Shown here: one piece after another, positions 10,088 through 19,491 of the stretch | How positions within the stretch are numbered: position 1 is the first letter of the stretch | How the letters are laid out: each line of letters opens with the position of its first letter | Translations under genes and position numbers: made by a program | Assembly: GCA_963763715.1 (NCBI GenBank) | Contig: CAVXPV010000020.1 | Span: 78,124 to 142,123, forward strand | Source: an uncultured Solirubrobacterales bacterium | GTDB lineage: Bacteria; Actinomycetota; Thermoleophilia; Solirubrobacterales; Solirubrobacteraceae | Direction: 5' to 3' | DNA: 64,000 nt | Notes under the pieces: generated by a model | Database searches by the model: none | The model's input: only the letters and a program-made list of their open reading frames with translations | Told to the model about the DNA's origin: nothing

Positions 10088-11713
10088 CTAGCCTGACCGC
10101 CCCGTGCGCGCCGCCGGCCCGGCCATCACGGCGGCCGGATCGTCGCCCAGGTCCGTGAGCATGACCATCGCGGCATTGCGACCTGGGCCGCCCGTGACCG
10201 AGCCGCCAGGATGCGTCGTGCCGCCGGTTTGATAGAGGCCCGGGATCGGCATCCGGTGCTGGGCCCAGCCCGGCGCCGGGCGCAGGGCTCCGCTGTTGGC
10301 CGGCGAGCGGTCACCGCCGTGGAAGGTGCCGTGCCACATGTGCGGGTTCGCGGTCTCGAGATCCACCGGAGAGACGATCAGCTCGGCGAGAATCGTCTCG
10401 TCGACCAGATTTGGAGCCGCCCGCCGCAGGTGGCCGAGCTGCACGGCGGCGATCTCCGTGCGCAGGCCGGCCCAGGTGTCGGCCGCCGACCGCGCCGGGT
10501 CGGGGCGCCAGGGTTGCATGCCGAGGATCTTGACCGTGTGGTGCCCGTCCGGCGCGCGGCTGGGATCGCAGACGGTCGGCGCCGGGAACAGCAGCCAGGC
10601 GCCATCGGTGACCAGCCGTCCCTCGCAGACGTCACGTCCCATGCGCAGGATGTCCTCCGGCCACCCGGAGACTCCGGCCGACACGCATTCGATCGTCCCG
10701 CCGTCGCGCGCCGGGTAGCGCGGCGGCTCGGTGGTCGCGTAGTGGGCGGCGAACGCGCTGACCCCGACGTCATAGGTGTCGATCGCCTCCACGAACTCCT
10801 CGCCCCAGGCGTCGGGCGCGGCCATGCCGATCAGGTCCTTGATGTGGATCGTCGAGAGCACCGCTTTGCCCGCCTCGAAGCGCTCGCCGCCCTCGGTCTC
10901 CACCCCGACGCAGCGGCCGTCGCGCATGACCAGCGAGCGGACCCGCCGGTTGCACAGAACCTCGCCACCGTGCGCCTCGATCACCGCGACCAGCGCCCGG
11001 GCGAGTTCTCCCGAGCCGCCCTGTGGGAGCGTCCAGCTGCGGCGCTGGCGTCCGAAGATGATCGAGGAGACCAGCGGCCCGGAGCCCGCGCTGCCGACCG
11101 GCTGCCCGGTCTGAAAGGCCATCCAGAGCATGAAGGCGCGCACGTGCCGCTCGGAGAAATCGTGGTTGACCACATCCCAGGCGCTCATCGCGCGGCGCCG
11201 CAGCCAGTGGGAGGCGCCGGGGCGCCCCTCGATCCGCTGCTCGAAGCTCGGCCCCCAGCCGACCGGGGTGAACCGCTGGGCACCGAACACGTCCTTGACC
11301 GCGTCATAGTCGGCGAGCAGGCGCCGGTAGGCGGCGGCGTCTTCAGCGTCAAAACGGGCCAGCTCCTCGCAGGTGCGCTCGACGTCGAGCCACATCGTGA
11401 TCGACTCGCCGTCGGGGAACACGACGTGGGCGACCGGGTCGGGCGCCAGGTAGGTGAGCCCATGATCGGTGATCAACCCGAGCTCGTCGTCGGCCAGCAC
11501 CGGGTTGGTCTGGATCAGGGTGTGCCCGGTCGAGCAGGAGTCGAGCTTGAAGCCGGGCAGCAGCAGCTCCTCGGAGGCCACGCCGCCGCCCGGTTCGGGC
11601 CGCGCATCGAGCACGAGGCACCGGTGCCCGGCCCGGGTCAGGTACGCGGCGGCGATCAGGCTGTTGTGACCGGCACCGGCGACGACGATGTCGGCGACCG
11701 GCGCAGCGCTCAC
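10088..11713 (-). CDS. Phytoene dehydrogenase-like FAD-dependent oxidoreductase (flavin amine oxidase superfamily)
   Basis: VAGAGHNSL..AAYL, PQGGSGEL, GLYQTGGTTHPGGSVTGGPGRNAA. GTG start overlaps the upstream TGA. Confidence 0.85.
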   Translation of the reverse strand: MSAAPVADIVVAGAGHNSLIAAAYLTRAGHRCLVLDARPEPGGGVASEELLLPGFKLDSCSTGHTLIQTNPVLADDELGLITDHGLTYLAPDPVAHVVFPDGESITMWLDVERTCEELARFDAEDAAAYRRLLADYDAVKDVFGAQRFTPVGWGPSFEQRIEGRPGASHWLRRRAMSAWDVVNHDFSERHVRAFMLWMAFQTGQPVGSAGSGPLVSSIIFGRQRRSWTLPQGGSGELARALVAVIEAHGGEVLCNRRVRSLVMRDGRCVGVETEGGERFEAGKAVLSTIHIKDLIGMAAPDAWGEEFVEAIDTYDVGVSAFAAHYATTEPPRYPARDGGTIECVSAGVSGWPEDILRMGRDVCEGRLVTDGAWLLFPAPTVCDPSRAPDGHHTVKILGMQPWRPDPARSAADTWAGLRTEIAAVQLGHLRRAAPNLVDETILAELIVSPVDLETANPHMWHGTFHGGDRSPANSGALRPAPGWAQHRMPIPGLYQTGGTTHPGGSVTGGPGRNAAMVMLTDLGDDPAAVMAGPAARTGRSG

Positions 11714-13299
11714 GCTGCGGCGCTTTCCCCGACCGCCCCGCCGAGATACAGCGCGGCGATCTCCGGGTGCTCGAGCACGTCGCGGCCCGAGCCGGTCAGC
11801 CGCACCGTCCCGTTCTCGAGCACGACGCCGTGGCTGGAGAGCTTCAGGCCGGCGCGGGCGTTCTGCTCGACGAGCAGGATCGTCTTGCCCTGCTGGTTCA
11901 TCTGCTCGATCATCGAGAAGACCATCGCGCGCGTCTGCGGGTCCAGGCCCATCGACGGCTCGTCGAGCATGATCAGGGTCGGGTCGAGCATCAGACAGCG
12001 GGCGAACTCGACCAGCCGCTGCTGGCCGCCGGAGAGGCTGCCGGCCTTCTCCTCCGCGCGGTCGCGCACGATCGGGTACAGCTCCTCGACGGCGGCGAGG
12101 CGCTTGCGGACCAGGGCCTTGTCCTTGATCGTGAACGCCCCCATCTCGACGTTCTCGCGCACCGTCATGTCGGCGAACAGGCTGTGGGCCTGCGGGATCT
12201 GCGCGATCCCCTTGGCGAGGATCTGCTTCGGGGTCAGCCCGGAAACGGCCTCGCCGTCGAAGCGTGATCTCGCCCTCGCGGGGGCGCAGCAGTCCGCTGA
12301 TCGTGGCCATCATCGTGGACTTGCCCGCGCCGTTGGGGCCGACCACGCAGGTGATGCTGCCGCGGGGTACCTCGACGACTGACGGACTTGAGGATGTCGC
12401 CGCCGCCGTAGCCGGCCGTGACGCCGCGCAGGCTGAGCAGCGTGGGCGCCTGGCTCTCGCCGAGGCGCTCGCGCTCGCGCACCGGGGTGACGGTCGCCGA
12501 CGCGACGTGAGGCTGGACGGCCTCCTCGGCGAGCTCGCGCTGGGTCGAGGGATCGTCCTCGCCGCCCAGGTAGGCATCGAGCACGGCCGGGTCGGCGCGG
12601 ACCTCGGCCGGCGTGCCCGGCGATCAGCGCCGTGCCCTGGCTGAGCACGGTGATCCGCGCGCACAGGCTCATCACGAACTCCATGTTGTGCTCGACGACG
12701 ACGATCGTCTTGCCGGCCTTGTTGAGGTCGCGGATGCGGTCGGCGAGATGGGTGATCAGGGTGGGGTTGACGCCGCCGGCGGGCTCGTCGAGGAGCAGGA
12801 TCTGCGGATCGGCGACAAGCAGCGAGGCGAGCTCGAGCAGCTTGCGCTGGCCGTAGGAGAGATTGCCGGCCGGCTCGTAGGCCAGACGGGCGATCCCGAC
12901 GAAGTCCAGCAGCTCGAGCGCGCGGCGCTTCTCGCTGGCCGAGCCGGCGCGGCGCAGGACACCCCGCAGCCAGCCCTCGCTGCGCTGGGTGGCGACGAGC
13001 ATGTTCTCGAGCACGGTCAGCCGGGTGAACAGGCGGGTGAGCTGGAAGGTGCGCCCGATCCCGAGCCGGAAGACCCGGTCTGGCGGGGCGTTGGTGATCT
13101 CGGTGCCGTTGAGGCTGACGCGGCCCTGCTGGATCCGCTCGTAGCCGGTGATGACGTTGAACAGCGTCGTCTTGCCCGACCCGTTGGGTCCGATCAGGCC
13201 GTTGATCGCGCCCTCGTGGACCTCGAGTTCGCAGCCGTTCAGCGCCTTGACGCCGCCGTAGGCCTTCGAGACGCCGGCGACCTCGATCACGTGGCTCAT
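11710..13299 (-). CDS. Tandem ABC ATPase, LivG-LivF fusion (three apparent indels near 12615, 12380, 12260)
   Basis: Two Walker A motifs (GPNGSGKT, GPNGAGKS), two signatures (LSYGQ, LSGGQ) and two DEP motifs. The LDAYLG...LLSLRGVTAGYG junction is in one frame. Confidence 0.75.
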
Positions 13300-14392
13300 G
13301 ACGTCACCCCCGAGACGGGGCCCGACATCTTGGCCGCGGGCTCGGCGCTCGGGCTCTGGGCGCGCGCCACACGACGGCGCTCCAGCAGCGGCCGTGATCT
13401 CCGGCACGACCCCGCGGGGCATGATCAGGATGACGGCCAGGAACAGGACCCCGTAGGCGATCAGGTAGATGCCGTTGCCCGACACGCTCTGGGTCAGGTA
13501 CTGCTGCAGTGACTCGAGCACCAGCGCGCCGAGCACCGGCCCGGTCAGCGTGCCCATGCCGCCCAGGAAGCCCATCAGCGCCAGCGAGACGTCGAACAGG
13601 GGTCAAAGCCGAACTGCGGATAGACCTGACCGACGAAGTAGAAGTACAGCCCGCCGACCATGCCGACCGGGATCGCCGAGATCACGAACGCGGTCAGCTT
13701 GACCCGCCGGGTCTTGACTCCGAGGCCGAGCGCTCGGTCCTCGTCGTCGCGGATGGCCAGCAGCTGCAACCCGAACCGCGAGCGCCGCACCGCCCAGGAG
13801 ACGAGCACGGTGAGCGACCAGGATCACCAGCGCCACGTAGTAGAACGGCTGGTTGTAGTTGGCGGACGAGAACGGGGCGAAGGGCAGGGTGATCCCCGAG
13901 GTGCCGCCGGTGAAGCGGAGGTTGAACGCCGCCAGCTGGAAGATGAAGAAGATCGCGATCGTGACCACGACGAAGGTGTGACGGCGGGTGCGCAGCGCAG
14001 ATCAGTCCGACCGGGATCGCGACCAGCCCGGCGACCAGGCCGCCGAACGGCAGCAGCGCGAACACCGGCCAGCCGCCCGCCACGTGCCAGTCCCGGGCGG
14101 CCAGCGCGACGGCGTAGCCGCCGCAGCCGAAGAACACGGCGTGGCCAAGGGCGAGGTAGCCCGAGTAGCCGCTGAAGATGTTCCAGGCCGAGACGGCGAC
14201 CATGAACACGAGCGCGAACACCGCGATCGAGGTCGTCGTCGGGTCCGTGAACCAGAACGGGAAGACGAGCACGATCGCCAGCACGACCAGCCCGCCGAGC
14301 AGCCGCACCGGCGTTCCGACCAGTGGGGCGGGCGAATCAGGAGCGTTCACGGCCGGGGCCTCCTCGGCCGGGGACGGGGTGACCGCGCTCAC
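13296..14392 (-). CDS. Branched-chain amino acid-type ABC permease (LivM-like), several frameshifts
   Basis: WNIFSGYSGYLALGHAVFFG, AIRDDEDRALGLGV and GGMGTLTGPVLGA are spread over 4 ORF fragments. Confidence 0.85.
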
Positions 14393-15273
14393 TGGGCACG
14401 CACCGCCGTGCGGCCGAACAGGCCCTGGGGGCGGAACGAGAGCACGATTACGAGGGCAGCGAAGTAGACCAGTGGCGCCCACGTGGGTGACCAGGCGACC
14501 GCGACGACGTCGTTGATCACGAGCAGGAAGATCGCCGCCGCCATCGCGCCGCCGATCGAGCCCATGCCGCCGAGGATGACGATCGCCAGCAGCCGTGAGA
14601 TCAGGTCATAGCCAGTGTTCGGGTTGAACGAGTTCGTGGCCCCGAACACCATGCCGCCGACCGCAGTGACCGAGACTCCGATGCCGACCGACAGGGTCCG
14701 GACGCGATTGACGTCGATTCCGATCAGGTCCGCGGCCGTGCGGTTCTGCAGTGAGGCCCGCACCGCGCGCCCGAACTGGGTCCGGTAGAGCCCGTAGTAG
14801 AGAGCGATCAGCAGCGCGATGGCCAGCCCGAAACCGATCAGGTAGATGTAGGGGAGATAGAAGCCGAGGATGTGGACCGAGGTGTTGACGTAAGACGCCG
14901 ACAGCTGCTGGTAGTCGACGCCGAAGATCGCCGTCAGCACGCCCTCGATGACGATCGCCACGGCGTAGGTGACGAGGATCGACATCTGCGTGCGCTCCCC
15001 CTCGCGCAGGCGTCGCATGAAGAAGTACTCCATCGCGACGCCGACCACGAACATGGCCGGCGCCGTGATCAGCAGCCCGGGCAGCAGCCCGATCCCCAGG
15101 TGCACCGACAGCGCATAGCTGAGGTAGGCCCCGAGGATCACCATCACGCCCTGGGCGATGTTGATGATGTCCATGACGCCGAAGATCAGCGTCAGACCGG
15201 CGGCCATCAGCGCATATACGCCGCCGGTCAGGATCCCGTCGATGATCGCCTCGACGAGCGTGGTGAACGTCAT
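14389..15273 (-). CDS. Branched-chain amino acid-type ABC permease (LivH-like)
   Basis: GGVYALMAAGLTLIFGVMDIINIAQG and VILGGMGS. Confidence 0.93.
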   Translation of the reverse strand: MTFTTLVEAIIDGILTGGVYALMAAGLTLIFGVMDIINIAQGVMVILGAYLSYALSVHLGIGLLPGLLITAPAMFVVGVAMEYFFMRRLREGERTQMSILVTYAVAIVIEGVLTAIFGVDYQQLSASYVNTSVHILGFYLPYIYLIGFGLAIALLIALYYGLYRTQFGRAVRASLQNRTAADLIGIDVNRVRTLSVGIGVSVTAVGGMVFGATNSFNPNTGYDLISRLLAIVILGGMGSIGGAMAAAIFLLVINDVVAVAWSPTWAPLVYFAALVIVLSFRPQGLFGRTAVRAQ

Positions 15274-15279
15274 CGGTGG

Positions 15280-16557
15280 CTAGCCCTTCCAGGCCGGCTT
15301 GGGATAGAGCGGCTTGGTCGAGCCAGCCGTGGCGGTCGGGATCGACTGCACGAGCTTGTCGTTCTGCCACTGGAAGGTCAGCGTCTTCTGCGCCAGGTTC
15401 TCACCCAGCGAGTCGAACTTGACCGGCCCCTGGACGCTGTCGAACGTCTGGCCGCTGTGCAGGTAGGCGATGATCTTGGCCTGATCGAAGCCGTGGGTGG
15501 CCTGCACGGCCTGGGCGATGACCTGTCCGACCGCGTAGGCCTCGGCCACGTCGGCGTTGACCGAGGAGGCGTCGCCGCCGTACTTGGCGATGTACTCCTT
15601 GACCATCTGCTGGCTGTCGGCCTTCTTGAAGCCGCCGTACCAGCCGTTGGGCACGAAGATGCCGTTCTCGTTACCCGCGCCGACTGCCTTGACGAACGTC
15701 GCTCCCTGGTCCGGACCCGCGGTCGCGATGAACGCCTTGGGGCTGTAGTGCTGCTGGATGAAGGCGTGTGTGAAGGCCGACACGGTCGGTACGTCGACCG
15801 AACCGAGGACGACCAGATCGGCATTGGCCGAGGCCACCTGGCTGGCGATCGGGGTGAAGTCCGTCACCTCGGCCGGGAAGACCTTGGAGAGCACCGTCTT
15901 GACCCCGGCGGCCTGCAGGATCTTCTGGGCGACGGGAATCTGCGGCTGCGTGAACGGGTCGTTCACCGTCGCGTAGGCGGCCGTCTTGGGGCGCTGTGAC
16001 GCCGGCAGTGAGGCGACCCAATCGGCGAACGTGACGAGCGCGTTCTTGACCGGCGTGGTGACGTCAAAGACGTTGTGCAGGCCGGCCCCGAAGACCGCAG
16101 GACCACCGCCCGCACCCTCGACGAACGCGTAGCCGTAGCGGGCCGCGACCCGCGCCGAGGGGACCGTGAGCAGTGTCGAGAAGGGACCGAAGATGAGCTG
16201 GTCGTGGTTTGAGCCGATCAGCTTCTGGTAGTTGGAGACGACCTGAGCCGGGCTCGAGGAGTCCGAGATGACGTCGAGCTTGATCTTGTGACCGAGCAGG
16301 CCGCCCTTGGCGTTCTGATCGGCCGCCCACAGCTGATAGCCCTTCTGGAAGGCTTGACCGTCGGCCGCGAAGTCGCCCGAGAGCGAGAGCGAGGTCCCGA
16401 TCGTGACCGGGCTTGAGCCTCCGGAACCGCCCGAACCGCCCGAACCACCGGAACCACCGGAACCGCTTGAGCTGCTGCTGCTCGACCCGCAGGCCGCCAG
16501 CAAGGCAACGGTCAACACCGCCATCCCGGCGAGTATCCACCTACGCAACATGGCCAT
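15280..16557 (-). CDS. ABC substrate-binding lipoprotein (LivJ/K family)
   Basis: Lipobox LLAACG, Ser/Gly linker, SLSLSG, NAKGGLLG; AG-rich RBS. Confidence 0.9.
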   Translation of the reverse strand: MAMLRRWILAGMAVLTVALLAACGSSSSSSSGSGGSGGSGGSGGSGGSSPVTIGTSLSLSGDFAADGQAFQKGYQLWAADQNAKGGLLGHKIKLDVISDSSSPAQVVSNYQKLIGSNHDQLIFGPFSTLLTVPSARVAARYGYAFVEGAGGGPAVFGAGLHNVFDVTTPVKNALVTFADWVASLPASQRPKTAAYATVNDPFTQPQIPVAQKILQAAGVKTVLSKVFPAEVTDFTPIASQVASANADLVVLGSVDVPTVSAFTHAFIQQHYSPKAFIATAGPDQGATFVKAVGAGNENGIFVPNGWYGGFKKADSQQMVKEYIAKYGGDASSVNADVAEAYAVGQVIAQAVQATHGFDQAKIIAYLHSGQTFDSVQGPVKFDSLGENLAQKTLTFQWQNDKLVQSIPTATAGSTKPLYPKPAWKG

Positions 16558-16603
16558 CTCTCTCTCCTCGGCTCTACCCGCAGCCAGCGCAGTGGCAAAT
16601 GGC

Positions 16604-16617
16604 TGCAATCGTTTGCA
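16604..16617. promoter_or_regulatory. LacI-type operator copy 4 (TGCAATCGTTTGCA)
   Basis: Same 14-mer as copy 1, ~47 bp upstream of the ABC operon start. Confidence 0.8.
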
Positions 16618-16782
16618 GCGGCCACGATACTCCGCCCCCGGCGACAATGTCAACCACGGAATGGTTAGGACGCCATTGGCGTGGCCCGAGCGCGCCCGCC
16701 AGCGTGATATCCCGTTCGTTGTGCTCTGTCTGGCGACCACCGGCGGGTGGCACCCGCCGGCCGGACGGGCGGCGGGGCCAGT

Positions 16783-17406
16783 GTGCCGCTGACCAACCGT
16801 GTCACCCCGCTGGGCGCGGTCATCGCCACCGCGGAGCGTGGCCTCGTCTACGGCAACCGGGGCTGCCTGCACGATCGTCACCGGCGGATCCGTCGTCACC
16901 ACGCCGGGCGCCGTTGGATCGCCTGTCAGCTCGAGTTCCGGGGCTGGCAGCGGGCGCCGCTGATGGCGCCGGGCCGCTTCACCGAGCTCTTCTTCCTCGA
17001 CGAGGCGACCGCGCTGGCCGCCGGGCATCGTCCGTGCGCGCTGTGTCGCTACGCCGACTACCGGCGTCTGACCGATCGTTGGGCGCAGCTGCATCCCGGC
17101 CAGCGCGGCGCGGACGCGATCGATACCCAGCTGCATGGCGAGCGTCTGGGCGCGGCCGGGCAGCGTCATCATCGAGCCGCCTGGCCACGCCTCCCCGACG
17201 GCGCCTTCGTACTCGTGCAGGCCACGCCCTGGCTCGTGCTCGGAGACGCGTTGCTCGCCTGGACCCCTGCCGGGTACGAAAGCCGGCGCGTTCGGCCCCG
17301 GGATGGGCGCGCGACGGTGATCACCCCACCCTCGCTGGTGGCGCTGCTCGCCGCGGGGTGGAGTCCGCTCGTGCCCCTGCTGCACCCCTCGGCGGCGCGG
17401 ACCTGA
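16783..17406 (+). CDS. Conserved hypothetical protein with Ada-like metal-binding motif
   Basis: GNRGCLHD, WIAC, FFLDEATALAAGHRPCALC. Confidence 0.7.
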   Translation: MPLTNRVTPLGAVIATAERGLVYGNRGCLHDRHRRIRRHHAGRRWIACQLEFRGWQRAPLMAPGRFTELFFLDEATALAAGHRPCALCRYADYRRLTDRWAQLHPGQRGADAIDTQLHGERLGAAGQRHHRAAWPRLPDGAFVLVQATPWLVLGDALLAWTPAGYESRRVRPRDGRATVITPPSLVALLAAGWSPLVPLLHPSAART

Positions 17407-17418
17407 GCGGTCGTCGCG

Positions 17419-18282
17419 TCACGCGGTGGCGGCGCTGAGCGCCTCGAACTGCTCATCGGTCAGCTCAAGCTGAGCTCCGGCCACGTTCTCCTCCAGGTGC
17501 GAGACGCTCGAGGTTCCCGGGATCGGGAGCATCACGGGCGAGCGCCGCAGCAGCCACGCCAGGGCAAGCTGCGATGGTCCGGCGCCGTGTTCCTCGCTGA
17601 GCGCCGCCAGCGGCCCACCCGGCTTGGCCAGGCCACCGGTGGCGAGCGGGAACCAGGGGATGAATCCGATCCCCTGCTCCTCACAGTGGTCCAGCAGCGG
17701 CTCGGCGCCGCGATGGCCGAGGTTGTAGAGGTTCTGCACGGTCACGATCTCCGCCGTCTTCTGCGCCTCCTGCAGCTCACTGACGCTGACCTCCGAGAGG
17801 CCGATATGACGGACCTTGCCCTCCTGCTGGAGCTCACGCAGGGCCCCCACGGACTCGGCCACCTGGACCTGGGGGTCGATCCGGTGCAGTTGGTAGAGGT
17901 CGATGCACTCCAGGCCGAGGCGTCGCAGGCTCATCTCGCACTCCTGGCGCAGATACTCCGGGCGCCCGAGTGGATGCCACTCGCCGGGCCCGGTGCGCAG
18001 CAGCCCGGCCTTGGTCGCGATCACGAGCTCCTCGGCGTACGGGTGCAGGGCCTCGCGGATGATCTCCTCAGCGACGTAGGGGCCGTAGGAATCGGCGGTA
18101 TCGATCAGCGTCACCCCGAGTTCGACCGCGCGCCGCAGAACCCGGATCGCCTCGTCGCGGTCGGCCGGCTCGCCCCAGATCCCGTCACCCGTGAGCTGCA
18201 TCGCCCCGTAGCCGAGCCGGGTGACGGGGAGATCCCCGCCAATCGCAAAGGTTCCGGATGCCGCAGCGGCGGGGCGGGTCAT
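17419..18282 (-). CDS. Aldo/keto reductase
   Basis: [34 protein letters not shown]. Confidence 0.93.
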   Translation of the reverse strand: MTRPAAAASGTFAIGGDLPVTRLGYGAMQLTGDGIWGEPADRDEAIRVLRRAVELGVTLIDTADSYGPYVAEEIIREALHPYAEELVIATKAGLLRTGPGEWHPLGRPEYLRQECEMSLRRLGLECIDLYQLHRIDPQVQVAESVGALRELQQEGKVRHIGLSEVSVSELQEAQKTAEIVTVQNLYNLGHRGAEPLLDHCEEQGIGFIPWFPLATGGLAKPGGPLAALSEEHGAGPSQLALAWLLRRSPVMLPIPGTSSVSHLEENVAGAQLELTDEQFEALSAATA

Positions 18283-18396
18283 GATGGTTTCTCCTCGGTC
18301 GGGCGAGTTCGGGTCGGGGGTTACTCACGGCGATCGAGCCGCGGTCCTACCCCACCGGTGTCCGGCCACGGCGATCCGCAAACGTCCGGTGCGCGC

Positions 18397-19140
18397 TCAG
18401 CAACCGCCGAGCGCGCTCAAGCGACGTCGGTAGATCTGCATGTCTGCGTGGATGAAATCGCCATGCGTCTGGGTGCGCAGGCTGGGAACGTCCTCGTGGT
18501 GGTACGGGCTCGACAGGCTTTCGGCGTGGCCGATCACGTCGCGCACGGGGATATGGAAGCGGCAGCGCAGCCAGTGCACGAGCCGGAGACTGGATCCGAT
18601 CTCGGCCCGGTCACCGAGCACCTGGCCGTCGCTGTAGCCGACATGCTCGATCCCGATCGCCGTCCAGTTCAGGCCCACTGTGTGCCGGGCCATCGTGCCG
18701 AGGGAGACGAGCTGGTGGATCACACCGGTGGTGTCGATCACGAAGTGCGCCGAGGTCGCCGGCAGCTCGTGCAGTTCGGAGTCCGGGACGTCGTTGGCGA
18801 ACGTGTTGTAGGCCGAGCTGTAGCTCGAGTCGGTGTAGTGGATGACGATCACGTGCGGATCGGTCAGGCGCCACGTTGGCTTCAGGAAGCTGCCGTAGTG
18901 GCGACGGACATACGCGGTCATCTGCGCCTCGCGGGTCGGCCCGAACGGAATCGGGTCCCATCGGATGGCTGGCCGTGTGATCGGCGCCGCGGCGCGGTCA
19001 CGCACGACGACGAAGGTGGGCCGGGTGCCGGCGGGTGCGACGGCGCGCGGTGCGCCGGGTTGCGGCGATGCGCCCGCGCAGGCGCTCACGCCGGCGGCGA
19101 GGGCGATGATGGCCAATGACGATGCCCAGCAGCGCGGCAC
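18397..19140 (-). CDS. N-acetylmuramoyl-L-alanine amidase (Amidase_2), probable lipoprotein
   Basis: IVIHYT, SAHFVID, AIGIEHVG, VIGHAE; lipobox-like VSACAG. Start approximate. Confidence 0.8.
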   Translation of the reverse strand: MPRCWASSLAIIALAAGVSACAGASPQPGAPRAVAPAGTRPTFVVVRDRAAAPITRPAIRWDPIPFGPTREAQMTAYVRRHYGSFLKPTWRLTDPHVIVIHYTDSSYSSAYNTFANDVPDSELHELPATSAHFVIDTTGVIHQLVSLGTMARHTVGLNWTAIGIEHVGYSDGQVLGDRAEIGSSLRLVHWLRCRFHIPVRDVIGHAESLSSPYHHEDVPSLRTQTHGDFIHADMQIYRRRLSALGGC

Positions 19141-19211
19141 GGCCAGAGGGTCGCAGATCGGGGTGCGTTCATCGCCGCCGAGGGGCAGCACGAGCCGCAC
19201 CGTCCGGGCGC

Positions 19212-19439
19212 TCAGTCGTTTGTGCCCGCGATGAAGCGCAGCCGCGCGCCGGTCAGGCCATCGCTGGTGAACCCGGCCGTGGCCCGGTTGAGGGTGAACA
19301 CGAGATGAGCGCCGTCCGCGGTCTCGACCTCGAGGCGGCGCCCCTCGCCGTCGACCTGCGTCACGGTGCCGGGCACCGTGGCACCGAGAAAATCCACGAG
19401 CACCTGGCCGCCGACGGTGGGCATGGCACGGCTGGGCAT
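19212..19439 (-). CDS. Small hypothetical protein (beta-rich)
   Basis: Protein-like tail of ORF 19212..19790 (MPSRAMPTVGGQVLVDFLG...), in the gap after the MetE-like gene. Confidence 0.5.
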   Translation of the reverse strand: MPSRAMPTVGGQVLVDFLGATVPGTVTQVDGEGRRLEVETADGAHLVFTLNRATAGFTSDGLTGARLRFIAGTND

Positions 19440-19491
19440 CGGCTGCAGTGATAGCAGTGCCGGAGCAGGGACCGGCACCGCCGCGCGGGGT

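Noticed and set aside
10088-12664. 858-aa ABC-ATPase/phytoene dehydrogenase fusion ORF
   Set aside because: The ATPase fragment enters this frame only through indels; the oxidoreductase has its own GTG overlapping the ATPase stop at 11710-11713.
12310-13575. LivM permease fused to the ATPase
   Set aside because: An alternative frame (LLERRRVARAQ...GVTS-stop) ends in an ATGA overlap at 13296-13299, so the fusion is probably an indel artefact.
16420-16480. 9-bp repeat as an independent element
   Set aside because: It encodes the (GGS)n/poly-Ser tether of the lipoprotein binding protein.
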